From Francisellaceae bacterium (lineage in GTDB: Bacteria > Pseudomonadota > Gammaproteobacteria > UBA6186 > Azoamicaceae): a stretch of 64,000 nt of DNA. Made by a program: the position numbers and the translations under genes. The first letter of the stretch is position 1. Every line of letters starts with the position of its first letter. This document shows positions 28,873 through 39,291 of this stretch, one piece after another. The DNA lies in NCBI GenBank assembly GCA_018703155.1, contig JABJGS010000074.1, positions 11,878 to 75,877 on the forward strand, in the 5' to 3' direction. The notes below the pieces were generated by a model, which saw only the letters and a program-made list of their open reading frames with translations, was not told the DNA's origin and ran no database searches.

Positions 28873-31337
28873 TATATTGCTACCACGTTAATTAATTTAT
28901 TAGGAACAAAAATCACTTTTTTGATGGTTTTACCATCTATATGCTTTTTGACATTATCATTATGAAGAGCTTTTTCTCTTGCTTCTTGTTCATTAATGTT
29001 GATAGTGACATCAATGTTACCACGAGTTTTTCCGTTTACTTGAAGAACCAACGTTACTTCATCTTTTTTGATTAGCTCAGGGTTTGCTTTTGGCCAGCTA
29101 GACTCACTGAGATTGTTAGTATTTCCTAATTCTTCCCATAGCATAAAGCAAATATGCGGAATAATAGGGTTTAGTAAGCAAACAACGGTATTAATAGCCT
29201 CATGTGCAAAAAATTGTTCTTCACTAGATTTGGCTGTGAATTTATTAATTTCATTGATAAGTTCCATTACCGCAGCTATAGCCGTGTTGAATGTGTGTCT
29301 GCGAGACATGTCATCAGTTACTTTAGCAATAGTTGCATGGGTTTTTTGTTGGAGGTTTTTACAGACTTTATTGGGTACATTTGGTTGTTGCATGTTTGTT
29401 GTGAAATATTCATTGGCAACATGCTTGCTTACCATTGTCCATAATCTTCGTAAAAATCTATAGGCACCTTCAACACCAGTATCAGACCATTCTAGAGATT
29501 GTTCTGGAGGTGATGTGAACATAATAAATAGTCTGACGGTATCTGCGCCATAGGTTTTAATTAGTTCTTGGGGATCAACAGTATTGCCTTTTGATTTTGA
29601 CATTTTGGTGCCATCTTTTAGTACCATACCTTGAGTGAGTAATTTTTTAAAAGGCTCGTCGCTATCAAGTAAGCCTAAGTCGCGCATGGCTTTATGGAAA
29701 AAACGTGCATAGAGTAGATGTAAAATTGCATGTTCAACACCACCAATGTATTGGTCTACAGGGGCCCAATATTTAGCTCTTTCATCTAGCATAGAATCTT
29801 TAGCATCAGGACAAGCAAAGCGAGCATAGTACCAGGAAGATTCGAAAAATGTATCAAAGGTGTCGGTTTCACGACGTGCATCATTGCCACATTTAGGACA
29901 TTTAGTTTCATAGAATTCTGGCATTTTAGTTAATAATGAACCTGGCTCATCGGACCAATTTATATTTTCTGGTAAAAGTACTGGCAATGATTCTTCTGGA
30001 GCGGGGACATTGCCACAAGAAGTACAATTAATCATTGGTATTGGAGTCCCCCAATAACGCTGCCTTGATACTCCCCAGTCACGTAGACGGTAGTTAATAG
30101 TGCTATGGCCTAGATTTTGGCTTTTGAGAAAACCTGTTATTTGAGAAAAAGCGATGTCAAAATCAAGGCCATCGTATTTTCCTGAGTTTATAAGTTTTCC
30201 TTTGGCAATAATCGCAGTGTCAGTTAAAGAAACATCTATAGCTGTATCATTAGGTTGAATTACCTGTTTAATATCTAAATTATATTTTTTTGCAAATTCA
30301 AAGTCACGTTCATCGTGAGCTGGAACTGCCATTACGGCACCGCTACCATATTCATAGAGAACATAATTAGCAACCCAAACAGGAATGTTTTCTTTGGTAA
30401 TAGGGTGGATGGCAAAGTGCCCAGTATCATGGCCTTTTTTCTCTAAAGTAGCTAATGTAGCTTCAGAGGATTTTATTTTATTACATTCATCAAGAAACTC
30501 TTGTAGGCTTGAGTTATTTTTGGCAGCTTCTAGGGCAAGAGGGTGTTGTGGAGCAACTACCATAAAGGTTACTCCCATAAGTGTGTCTGGTCTAGTCGTA
30601 AATACATCTAAAATTTGGCTATGGTTTTCTATTTTAAAACTAACCTCGCTACCTTTAGACTTTCCGATCCAATTCTTTTGCATGGTTTTAACTTGTTCTG
30701 GCCAGTGTTCTAATTTATCAAGGTCAGCAAGTAGCTCTTCGGCATAATCAGTGATCTTCATAAACCATTGAGATACTTCTTTGCGTTCAACTAATGCACC
30801 AGAGCGCCATCCACGACCATCTACCACCTGCTCATTGGCAAGGACTGTGTTATCAACAGGATCCCAATTTACAAGAGCATTTTTTTTATATACTAAACCT
30901 TTTTTATATAGTTGAATAAAGAACCATTGTTCCCATTTGTAATATTTGGGATTGCATGTGGCAATTTCTCTATCCCAATCATAACTAAACCCAAGTTGTT
31001 TAAATTGAGCTTTCATATTTTCAATATTTTGATATGTCCATTTTGCAGGGGGAACTTTATGTTTTAAAGCAGCATTTTCAGCAGGCAACCCAAAAGCATC
31101 CCAGCCCATAGGTTGAAGAACATTCTTCCCATTCATTCTATGGAATCTAGTTATAACATCACCAATAGTATAGTTTCTGACATGGCCAACATGGAGGTTA
31201 CCACTTGGGTATGGAAACATGCTCAAGCAGTAAAATTTTTCTTTATTTGTATCTTCTAAAGTTCTATCTGCATGAGTATCTTGCCAGTGTTTTTGAGCCT
31301 TATTTTCTATAAGTTTAGGATTATATTGCTGCTCCAT
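28872..31337 (-). CDS. leuS: Leucine--tRNA ligase
   Basis: It has HIGH ([11 protein letters not shown]), KMSKS (TKMSKSKGN) and full-length LeuRS blocks. Confidence 0.97.
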   Translation of the reverse strand: MEQQYNPKLIENKAQKHWQDTHADRTLEDTNKEKFYCLSMFPYPSGNLHVGHVRNYTIGDVITRFHRMNGKNVLQPMGWDAFGLPAENAALKHKVPPAKWTYQNIENMKAQFKQLGFSYDWDREIATCNPKYYKWEQWFFIQLYKKGLVYKKNALVNWDPVDNTVLANEQVVDGRGWRSGALVERKEVSQWFMKITDYAEELLADLDKLEHWPEQVKTMQKNWIGKSKGSEVSFKIENHSQILDVFTTRPDTLMGVTFMVVAPQHPLALEAAKNNSSLQEFLDECNKIKSSEATLATLEKKGHDTGHFAIHPITKENIPVWVANYVLYEYGSGAVMAVPAHDERDFEFAKKYNLDIKQVIQPNDTAIDVSLTDTAIIAKGKLINSGKYDGLDFDIAFSQITGFLKSQNLGHSTINYRLRDWGVSRQRYWGTPIPMINCTSCGNVPAPEESLPVLLPENINWSDEPGSLLTKMPEFYETKCPKCGNDARRETDTFDTFFESSWYYARFACPDAKDSMLDERAKYWAPVDQYIGGVEHAILHLLYARFFHKAMRDLGLLDSDEPFKKLLTQGMVLKDGTKMSKSKGNTVDPQELIKTYGADTVRLFIMFTSPPEQSLEWSDTGVEGAYRFLRRLWTMVSKHVANEYFTTNMQQPNVPNKVCKNLQQKTHATIAKVTDDMSRRHTFNTAIAAVMELINEINKFTAKSSEEQFFAHEAINTVVCLLNPIIPHICFMLWEELGNTNNLSESSWPKANPELIKKDEVTLVLQVNGKTRGNIDVTININEQEAREKALHNDNVKKHIDGKTIKKVIFVPNKLINVVAI

Positions 31338-31425
31338 TTTCAGGGTGCCTCGCTTATTGGGGAAGTAAAACCAAAAGCATATCTTATGCTTAAAGTAAGT
31401 TTCTTACAAGCTGATAATGGAGGTC

Positions 31426-32970
31426 TTAGGGCTTTAGTTGGGGCAGGGTAGTTGAGCAGCTTATCAAAGTGGCATTGATAGTTATTCTTTGCGAGTCTAG
31501 GCTGATTTGACCATTGGTTATTTCTATACATGAGGCATTAGAAGATAGTATTAAGTTGTTGGCCTTTACTATAATTTCCTTGCATTGACAGTTGGCATGT
31601 TTAGTTTGCAAACTTGCATTGTTGCTGGCTATTTGAATTAATCTATATTTGGTGTTTGATGTCACCATCTTTTTGTCAACTAGCTGTCTTGTTTTAAGGA
31701 GTAATAAATTTTTACAATGAAGTGAAATGGAGCTGCTTGATACCTTAAAGTTGCCTATAACCAATTTATTTGTAGCACAAGATAATTGATATGTGGAAAG
31801 AGTGTCAATTATTGATTTAGTCTGATAAAAAATATTAGTTGCTATAATAAGATGCTGTTGCTTTTGTGAAATCTGCCTTATCATATTCTCTTCAAATTGA
31901 ATTTTATTTCTTGCATTGGCAAAGCAGATAGCATTAGTACTAATATAGCCATAATTATTATTACATTTGAAATTCATATTATTCTTATTGGCTAATGATT
32001 CTTTTCTTATAATACCAAGAGCATAAATATTTGTATCAACAATACTTTGTTTTAAAGTCAAAAATGGTTGCTTTTGTTTTAGTCGGAGGTGGGTTCCACC
32101 ATAATTTGAAGCACCAAAAGTCATTTTAGTTACGGCGATCCCACTTAAGTCGTGAACATTGGTTGTTGAGTTTGGTATTATTGTTAATGTGTTTGAATGT
32201 GATAATGTGGATAGATGATGATGAGATTCTATCAAGTCTTTGGATAAAACTATAGAGTTAATATCATTCTTTATATAAATGCTCAATACTAAAAATATTG
32301 ATTTAGTATTATCTAGACTTATAAATTCCCCAGGTGTAATAGATAGCATATTTGTCTCAACATATAAATGACTACCATTATCTTGAAGGTTAAAGTAAGT
32401 TTTGGTAAAGGAAATATCATACTGAAAATTATAATTCAGATTTGTAAATGCGTTGAGGTTGGCAATGTAATAGTCTTGAAGTTTGGCAAATATTACTAGT
32501 AAATTTTTTTTTGCAATAAAAATATATGATGCTGTATATAGACTTAACAGCCTAGGGAAAATATCTTGCAATTTTCCTGGTGAAAGCACAAGAGTTTTTC
32601 TAGAACTTAAATAAGATTTTATGTGGAGCCTATGGCTATATATGCTCTTTAAAACTATGTCTAATGATGACTGTTTAAATGTATTTTGCTGTATGTTAAT
32701 TGTTCTGCCGAAATACAAAAGGGACGTTACAACAGTAAGTTCAACAATTTCTTCATCCTGACTACAGATACTAGCAGACTCAATATAACCACTAAATACA
32801 TTTCGTAAATCACACCATGAATTTATTATAGATTGAGGTGAGTATTCTCTAAGGAGTATTTTTATCTTAACTTCACTTTTACCCCAAATATCATATTTAG
32901 AGGAAATTATAGATATAACAGGCATGCTGTTGACAATATTACTGATAGTTAGAGTATGTGTTTGGTACAT
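31426..32970 (-). CDS. Highly divergent VgrG / phage gpD-like (gp27-type hub) protein, orphan
   Basis: The pattern FSGYIESASI...ELTVVTSLLYFGRTINIQQNTFKQSSLDIVLKSI resembles the VgrG block FxGxV...YxLxLxPxLWLLxxxxxxRIFQxxSxxDIxxxxL. LQDIFPRLLSLYTASYIFIAKKNLLVIF resembles the RLxxxxGIxYxF block. The C-terminal third has short beta-repeat character (LVIGNFKVSSSSISLHC..., IVKANNLILSSNASCIEITNGQISLDSQRITINA). No gp5 OB-fold motif was seen. Confidence 0.45.
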   Translation of the reverse strand: MYQTHTLTISNIVNSMPVISIISSKYDIWGKSEVKIKILLREYSPQSIINSWCDLRNVFSGYIESASICSQDEEIVELTVVTSLLYFGRTINIQQNTFKQSSLDIVLKSIYSHRLHIKSYLSSRKTLVLSPGKLQDIFPRLLSLYTASYIFIAKKNLLVIFAKLQDYYIANLNAFTNLNYNFQYDISFTKTYFNLQDNGSHLYVETNMLSITPGEFISLDNTKSIFLVLSIYIKNDINSIVLSKDLIESHHHLSTLSHSNTLTIIPNSTTNVHDLSGIAVTKMTFGASNYGGTHLRLKQKQPFLTLKQSIVDTNIYALGIIRKESLANKNNMNFKCNNNYGYISTNAICFANARNKIQFEENMIRQISQKQQHLIIATNIFYQTKSIIDTLSTYQLSCATNKLVIGNFKVSSSSISLHCKNLLLLKTRQLVDKKMVTSNTKYRLIQIASNNASLQTKHANCQCKEIIVKANNLILSSNASCIEITNGQISLDSQRITINATLISCSTTLPQLKP

Positions 32971-33000
32971 ACGCTCACTCTATCAGTAATTATTCTAAGC

Positions 33001-34572
33001 CTAAATAGCAGATTTCTTGCGTCTAGTTGTAATGACTATCAAAAGAAAAATAATACTAAGAATTGGGGCTGACCCAATTAGCATATAAGGTGTTGCTCCA
33101 CTGACTGGGAATATTTCACCTTTAATAATATCTTTCACAAAAAGTTTGCTTTGTGTGATGATTTTTCCATGGCTATCAATTAGAGCTGAGTGGCCTCGAT
33201 TAGTCACTCTAATTAGGTATCGGCCATTTTCTAAAGCTCTAACTTGAGCTATTTGCAGATGTTGTGCTGGCTCAGCAGTTTTTCTAAACCATCCATCCTC
33301 GCTAACATTTATGATAAATTGGGAATTTTTGGTGACAATCTCTCGTCTAACAATTTCTCCAAAAATCACTTCAAAACATATTATGGGTAGAAAAGGTCTG
33401 TTTTTCACAAAAACAGGTGCTTGATTTGGCTTATCTGGTCGGAAATTTGACATTGGCAGGGAATAGTTAAAGAACAATTTATTAATCTCTGTTCCAAATG
33501 GAATATAATCTCCCATGGGAACAAGTTTGTGTTTACCGTAAAGTTGTAAAGAGCCATCTTCAATAATCATCATTGAATTGTAGTAAATTCGAAATTGATT
33601 CCTATAAATATTATCAGCGTTTGATGTGACACCGGAGATAAGACTAATATCTTTTTCTTTACTTAATTTTATCAAGTTGGAAATATAATTAGGTATATTC
33701 TGATATGGCTCCATAATTGCTGATTCTGGCCAAACTACAATGCTACCTGGCTCTTGTGAAAAAGTGTCTTCTATAATCTCATCATGAAAAGTATCACTTC
33801 GGAAAAAGTACATTTTATCATCAGGCTCAATGTTAAATTGTATTCCGGTAACCTTAATTGGTTCGTCTTCAATTGTTGTCCAATTAATATCTTTAAACAT
33901 TATTCCTGGTGAAAACAATATAATGCTAATAAATAAATAACGGAGTTTATTGGGCGGGTTTTGTAGTAAGCAATAAATACAACCAGTTATTAAGCAAATA
34001 ATAAACCCTGTGCCAAAGCTGCCAACAATTGGCAAATAAAATTCAAGAGGTGTGTCTAAGGATGCTTGTGAAAGTAATTGCCATGGAAACCCAGATAAAA
34101 TCCAAGAGCGTACCCATTCAAGTAAAGTCCAAGTACCAGGAAAAATAATTAGATATTTTAAATTACCGCGACCAGAATTTAATTTGGTTAGTAATAAGGC
34201 GTTAACGGCGGTAAAGGAGCTAAGTGTCATGCTAAGTAGTATGGTAAGGCTTGAGGCAAGTAAATAATGAAAATGGCCATAGTAAAATAAGGTTATGTAA
34301 ACCCAATAGAAACTAGTTGTATAAAAACCCAACCCAAAAGCAAAACCAGTTTTAACGGCGGCAGAGGTATTGCCTGCAGAGTCAACTAGCTTTAAGAAAA
34401 GAAGTAATGATAAGATTGCTAGTGCTGGTAAATTAAATGGAGCAAAGGCTAAGGTTAATAGAGAGCCTGCCATTAGGCTAAGAATATATTTTAGCATTAT
34501 ACTAGGCCTTGGAAAATCAATAACAGTTAGTTTATGATTTTTAGCAGCTGATAACAATTGTTCGTCTGGCAA
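33001..34572 (-). CDS. lnt: Apolipoprotein N-acyltransferase
   Basis: It has a multi-TM N-terminus (GFPW) and a CN-hydrolase domain (VVWPESA, LPIICFEVIF, FIINVSEDGWF). The start may be the internal Met at 34497. Confidence 0.9.
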   Translation of the reverse strand: MPDEQLLSAAKNHKLTVIDFPRPSIMLKYILSLMAGSLLTLAFAPFNLPALAILSLLLFLKLVDSAGNTSAAVKTGFAFGLGFYTTSFYWVYITLFYYGHFHYLLASSLTILLSMTLSSFTAVNALLLTKLNSGRGNLKYLIIFPGTWTLLEWVRSWILSGFPWQLLSQASLDTPLEFYLPIVGSFGTGFIICLITGCIYCLLQNPPNKLRYLFISIILFSPGIMFKDINWTTIEDEPIKVTGIQFNIEPDDKMYFFRSDTFHDEIIEDTFSQEPGSIVVWPESAIMEPYQNIPNYISNLIKLSKEKDISLISGVTSNADNIYRNQFRIYYNSMMIIEDGSLQLYGKHKLVPMGDYIPFGTEINKLFFNYSLPMSNFRPDKPNQAPVFVKNRPFLPIICFEVIFGEIVRREIVTKNSQFIINVSEDGWFRKTAEPAQHLQIAQVRALENGRYLIRVTNRGHSALIDSHGKIITQSKLFVKDIIKGEIFPVSGATPYMLIGSAPILSIIFLLIVITTRRKKSAI

Positions 34573-35406
34573 TTATTTTGCTTTGTAAGCACGAAGTAAT
34601 AATAATCTTCTGCCATCAGACCTAATAACTGTAAATTTAAAGTTATTTAATTTTGTTGATTCACCTGGTTTCGGTACACGGCCAAAATGACGAATCAAAA
34701 CTCCTCCAATAGTATCTACTTCCTGGTCACTAAATTTAGAGTTGAAATACTCATTGAAATCTTCAACCGGGGTTATAGCCTTGATAATAAAGTTATTATT
34801 ATCAGATTTTTTAATATATGGGGCATCTTCAATATCAAATTCATCTTCTATTTCGCCAACTATCTGTTCAATGACATCTTCAATAGTAACTAGTCCTGTA
34901 ACTGAACCATACTCATCGATGACTATTGCTAAGTGATTGCGGTTATTACGAAAGTCATGCAACAAAGTGTGCAATTTTTTACTTTCAGGAATAAAGATTG
35001 GTTGTCTTAAATGTTCTTTAAAGTTGAAATCTTCCCGTTCTTTAGTGGAAGCAAGTAATGAGAGCAAGTCTTTGGCAAGAAAAGTACCAAGGATTTCATC
35101 TTTGTTTCCATCAATCACCGGGAATCTTGAATGTCCAGATTTAATAACTACAGACAGTATTTCTTCTAATGGGCTGCTGATATCAATTACTACCATTTGA
35201 GATCTGGTAATCATTATATCTTCAACTTGTAGTTCATGAACTTCAAGGACTCCTTCAATCATGTTGAGGGAGTCAGGGTTAATTAATGCTCGCTCAGAAG
35301 CACCTTTTAAGACTTGAAGTAAATCTTCTCTGTCTTTGGGCTCACCAGAAATTGCAAAAGCAATTTTTTCAAACCAACTTTTTTTTTGTGGGATTGGCTC
35401 AGCCAT
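34573..35406 (-). CDS. corC: CorC/HlyC family magnesium/cobalt efflux-associated protein (CBS pair + CorC_HlyC)
   Basis: It has GEPKDREDLLQVL, a CBS pair and a C-terminal transporter-associated domain. The start is set at MAEPIPQKK, and ATGGCTGA overlaps the ybeY stop. Confidence 0.9.
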   Translation of the reverse strand: MAEPIPQKKSWFEKIAFAISGEPKDREDLLQVLKGASERALINPDSLNMIEGVLEVHELQVEDIMITRSQMVVIDISSPLEEILSVVIKSGHSRFPVIDGNKDEILGTFLAKDLLSLLASTKEREDFNFKEHLRQPIFIPESKKLHTLLHDFRNNRNHLAIVIDEYGSVTGLVTIEDVIEQIVGEIEDEFDIEDAPYIKKSDNNNFIIKAITPVEDFNEYFNSKFSDQEVDTIGGVLIRHFGRVPKPGESTKLNNFKFTVIRSDGRRLLLLRAYKAK

Positions 35407-35878
35407 TACTAGACTCGTATTGATATATTTCTCCATAAGGTGGGGCAAAACCTAGTTCTACAAGAATTTTTGTTTCCAGACTTTCCATAATTGCAGCTCT
35501 TGTATCTGAATCATGATCGTAGTCTAAAAGATGTAAAACACCATGCACTACTAGGTGCGCCCAGTGAGCTAACAATTCTTTATCTTGTTCCACAGCTTCT
35601 TTTTCAACTATTGGAGCGCAAATAATAATATCTCCAAGTAGTTGCAAATCAAACTCATGATGGCTGTCTGTTGGGAATGAAAGTACATTAGTTGCTTTAT
35701 CTTTATCCCGATACTTAAAGTTAAGTTCCTGGATTTCTTCTTCATCTACTATTCTAATGGTAAGTTCAGCATCTTCAGAGTAATCTGAGAATACCGCACC
35801 CAGCCAATCGCGAAATTGGGCTGGATGAGGAAGGGTCTTGGCATTTGAGGCCAGTTGTAATTCTAGCTCTATTGTCAT
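35399..35878 (-). CDS. ybeY: rRNA maturation endoribonuclease YbeY
   Basis: It has the zinc motif HLVVHGVLHLLDYDH, and an ATGA overlap with the phoH stop. Confidence 0.95.
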   Translation of the reverse strand: MTIELELQLASNAKTLPHPAQFRDWLGAVFSDYSEDAELTIRIVDEEEIQELNFKYRDKDKATNVLSFPTDSHHEFDLQLLGDIIICAPIVEKEAVEQDKELLAHWAHLVVHGVLHLLDYDHDSDTRAAIMESLETKILVELGFAPPYGEIYQYESSNG

Positions 35879-36870
35879 CGGCCATCACCTCCAGAGTCAT
35901 TCTCATAAGCATCAATTATTTGCTGTACAAGTGGGTGACGGACAACATCATTGGAGATAAAACTAGAAACACCAATAGTATCAACATGTTCCAGAACTCT
36001 AAGCGCATGCTTTAGTCCTGATAGTTTACCACGAGGCAAATCAACCTGAGTTACATCGCCTGTAATTACAGCTGTTGAACCAAAACCAATTCTGGTTAAG
36101 AACATTTTCATTTGCTCAACAGTAGTATTTTGGCTTTCATCTAGAATTATGAAGGCATTACTTAGAGTCCTGCCTCTCATGTAGGCGAGGGGAGCAATTT
36201 CAATAATTTGCCTATCCAATAGCTTGCATACTTTTTCGAAGCCAACGGTGTCATATAAGGCATCGTATAAGGGTCGTAAATAAGGGTCAATTTTTTGTGC
36301 AATGTCCCCAGGTAAAAACCCTAAGCGCTCACCAGCCTCAACAATTGGGCGTATCAGTATTATACGACTAACTTTTTTTGACTCTAGTGCTGCTACTGCA
36401 CAAGCTACTGCGATGAATGTTTTGCCTGTACCTGCTGGACCGACACCGAAATTTATATCATGTTTTAGAACAGTTTCTATATAACTCCGTTGGTTGTCCG
36501 TCCTAGGGACAACTTTCATTTTAGGGGTTTTGATAATAGTAGGGTCATCAACATTATTGTGCTTCTTGTTTTTCTTAGTATCAGCTCCGCCTACATCCTG
36601 TAGAGATAAATGAATTTCATTTGGAGTCAATTCTTTGCCCTCTCGTGTTTGTTGATAAAGATTTTGTAAAATGGTTACGGCAACATTTACAGACTTGGGG
36701 TTCCCTTCCAGCTGAAATTGATTGCCACGATTGTTGATTTTAACATGTAATCGATTCTCGATGAGCTGAAGATGCTCATCTAGTTGACCGCATAAACTTA
36801 GTAGACGCTTATTGTCAAAAGGCTTAAGTTCTAGGTCGCAAGTTGTTTTGTTAGTACTCAAATTGCTCAA
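35875..36870 (-). CDS. ybeZ: PhoH-like ATPase (YbeZ)
   Basis: It has Walker A (GPAGTGKT) and PhoH blocks (IILIRPIVEAGERLGFLPGD, MRGRTL, FIILDESQN). Confidence 0.95.
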   Translation of the reverse strand: MSNLSTNKTTCDLELKPFDNKRLLSLCGQLDEHLQLIENRLHVKINNRGNQFQLEGNPKSVNVAVTILQNLYQQTREGKELTPNEIHLSLQDVGGADTKKNKKHNNVDDPTIIKTPKMKVVPRTDNQRSYIETVLKHDINFGVGPAGTGKTFIAVACAVAALESKKVSRIILIRPIVEAGERLGFLPGDIAQKIDPYLRPLYDALYDTVGFEKVCKLLDRQIIEIAPLAYMRGRTLSNAFIILDESQNTTVEQMKMFLTRIGFGSTAVITGDVTQVDLPRGKLSGLKHALRVLEHVDTIGVSSFISNDVVRHPLVQQIIDAYENDSGGDGR

Positions 36871-36956
36871 GTTCTACCTCGGCTGCACAAAGCCTCACCT
36901 AAAGCATAACCCTATTTTAGCTAAGTGGAAAGAAAATTTTTAATTTTCAGGAGTAT

Positions 36957-38276
36957 TTACACTAGCTCACCGTGCAGTCTATTACTAAATATATCGGTTA
37001 TGTGTATGTAAGCAATTTGTCCAATTAAAGATTTATCACCCTTAAAATTAACAACACGGTTATTTTCACACCGACCAGCAAGTTCATTTGTGTCTTTCTT
37101 TGATATGCCAGTTACTAAAACTTTTTGTTTGGAATGGAGCATTTTTTGCGCATGGCGAGATGCTTGGGCATGCAATAAGTTTTGTAATTTTTTAAGTCTA
37201 TTTTTTTTAACATCAGCCGAAATGTTGTCAGGGAAAGATGTTGCTGGGGTTCCTGGCCTTTGACTATAGATAAAGCTGAAAGAGTGATCGAAGTTAATAT
37301 CTTCAATTAATTTTAAAGTATCAGCAAAATCTTGTTCACTTTCTCCAGGGAAACCAATTATAAAATCTGAAGTAATTGAAATATCAGGCCTAACTTGTCT
37401 TAATTTTTTTATTTTAGCTTTAAATTCCAATGCCGTATGTCCACGTTTCATTTTAGCTAAAATTGAATCAGAACCACTTTGCACTGGAAGGTGTAGGTGG
37501 TTGGCAAGTTTTGGTATTTGAGCATAAGCATTGATAAGGCTATCAGAGAATTCCATTGGGTGTGATGTAGTAAATCTAATTCTTTGGATACCATCAATTT
37601 CTGCAATAAAAGTTATTAGTGTTGCCAGATCTGCAGCACTATGGTCATGTAACGTACCTTTATAAGCATTTACATTTTGTCCTAGTAAAGTTATTTCTTT
37701 TACTCCTTGATCTGCAAGGCTCACAACTTCAGTTAAAATGTCATCAAAAGGTCTGTGAATTTCAGCGCCACGAGTATATGGGACAATACAGTAAGTACAA
37801 TATTTATTACAGCCTTCCATGATAGAGATATAAGCGCTAGCACTATTGGCATTTGGTTTGGGTAAATGATCAAATTTTTCAATTTCAGGAAAGCTAGTAT
37901 CAATAACTGGTTTTCCAGATTTTCCAAGTTTCTCTAGCATTTGAGGTAGTCTATGTAAAGTCTGCGGGCCAAATACTAAATCAACATATGGAGCTCTTTT
38001 AGTTATGTTTTCACCTTCTTGGCTAGCAACACAACCAGCTACACCAATAATTATGTTTGGATTTTTTTCTTTTAACCGTCGCCAGCTACCCACTTCTGAG
38101 TATACTTTCTGTTCAGCTTTTTCTCTGATTGAGCAGGTGTTAAGCAGTAAAAGATCTGCTTGTTCTGGAGTATCAACTTCCTTGATTTCATATGAACTTT
38201 TTAATAAATCTAAAATTCTTGACGAGTCATACTCGTTCATCTGACAACCATGAGTTTTTATATATACACTCTTCAT
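36957..38276 (-). CDS. miaB: tRNA-2-methylthio-N6-dimethylallyladenosine synthase
   Basis: It has N-terminal cysteines (HGCQMN, NTCSIR, GC), radical-SAM [11 protein letters not shown] and a TRAM domain. The start is set at MKSVYIKT. Confidence 0.95.
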   Translation of the reverse strand: MKSVYIKTHGCQMNEYDSSRILDLLKSSYEIKEVDTPEQADLLLLNTCSIREKAEQKVYSEVGSWRRLKEKNPNIIIGVAGCVASQEGENITKRAPYVDLVFGPQTLHRLPQMLEKLGKSGKPVIDTSFPEIEKFDHLPKPNANSASAYISIMEGCNKYCTYCIVPYTRGAEIHRPFDDILTEVVSLADQGVKEITLLGQNVNAYKGTLHDHSAADLATLITFIAEIDGIQRIRFTTSHPMEFSDSLINAYAQIPKLANHLHLPVQSGSDSILAKMKRGHTALEFKAKIKKLRQVRPDISITSDFIIGFPGESEQDFADTLKLIEDINFDHSFSFIYSQRPGTPATSFPDNISADVKKNRLKKLQNLLHAQASRHAQKMLHSKQKVLVTGISKKDTNELAGRCENNRVVNFKGDKSLIGQIAYIHITDIFSNRLHGELV

Positions 38277-38320
38277 AATAACCTGCAAATTTACGTATAA
38301 ATGTTTCGATGCTGATTGTA

Positions 38321-39052
38321 CTAAGGTTTGTTGATAAATGCTACATTATTTGGGGTGGTTAAATCACTAAACCCATAAAAAAATGGATGGCAGCTGACGT
38401 AATGAAAAAAGAAGCCAAGATTTATTGTGAAAATCACATCGGTTCCCCAGTGCGCTCCAGTTAGCAATCTATTTATACATAGCAAGCCAGTTACTAGGAA
38501 TATACATCGTTGCAAAATAACCCCTGGTTTTAAAGATAAGCTAAATAAACACCAGTATATGGCAACTAATGTATGACCTGCAGGAAATGAAGTCACAGAG
38601 GCTTCTTTAATGCTATCACTCATCAAAATAGTAGATATTGAATTATGAGTATCAATAAATATATTGCTTGGTGATACTCTTCTAATCGCGAGAGTGTCTT
38701 GGAATACAAAATGTGTTAAGTAAATAACGAATTGGAAAAAGAACCAAAAATAAATGATTTGCCAGAATATTTTCTTCCTAGCATAAGGCTTACTTGAAGC
38801 AATCATAAGGAAATTAATTGTTAGCATGAAAACTAAGTTTAACCAATTTTCATGTTTATGATTTATAAATCCAACAAACTTAGTCCAAATCATCGAGCTG
38901 CCAATGAGTTTATTACAAACAAAGTAGATTAGGCTGTCTATTTGATAAACAAGATTGGTTAAGAATGGAGTTTTCCAAATAGCTATAGCAAGTGTGAATA
39001 ACACTAGTGTAGTGCGAAATCTAGTTTTAAGTTGAGTGGGGCTATATATCAT
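38321..39052 (-). CDS. PAP2-superfamily membrane phosphatase (putative)
   Basis: It has six hydrophobic segments. FPAGHT matches the PSGH motif and [12 protein letters not shown] matches SRx5Hx3D. The first motif (Kx6RP) is only weakly present (AIRRVSP). Confidence 0.55.
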   Translation of the reverse strand: MIYSPTQLKTRFRTTLVLFTLAIAIWKTPFLTNLVYQIDSLIYFVCNKLIGSSMIWTKFVGFINHKHENWLNLVFMLTINFLMIASSKPYARKKIFWQIIYFWFFFQFVIYLTHFVFQDTLAIRRVSPSNIFIDTHNSISTILMSDSIKEASVTSFPAGHTLVAIYWCLFSLSLKPGVILQRCIFLVTGLLCINRLLTGAHWGTDVIFTINLGFFFHYVSCHPFFYGFSDLTTPNNVAFINKP

Positions 39053-39068
39053 TATTCTTGTACCTTGG

Positions 39069-39145
39069 TGGTGGCTATGGGTGGACTCGAACCACCGACT
39101 TCAGCATTATGAGTGCTGCGCTCTAACCACCTGAGCTACATAGCC
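39069..39145 (-). tRNA. tRNA-Met (anticodon CAU), elongator-like
   Basis: The reverse complement is GGCTATGTAGCTCAGGTGGTTAGAGCGCAGCACTCATAATGCTGAAGTCGGTGGTTCGAGTCCACCCATAGCCACCA. It folds as a cloverleaf with a CTCATAA anticodon loop. The acceptor stem resembles E. coli elongator Met, but a lysidine-modified tRNA-Ile2 cannot be fully excluded. Confidence 0.88.
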
Positions 39146-39291
39146 ATGGGCAGTAATTCTCTATATTTCTGTTATGTATGTCAACCAGTTTATCAAAATA
39201 AATCTAGTTTGTTAGATAAGTTCCAGGGTGACTTGTTTGTTATTTAAGCAGTGTTACAATATTGGCTTCAGTTTTAAAGAGAGCACAACAA

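Noticed and set aside
31340-31531. 63-aa minus-strand ORF between leuS and the VgrG-like gene
   Set aside because: It overlaps the 3' end of the 514-aa ORF in another frame and occupies the likely leuS promoter region. It has no motif and no SD.
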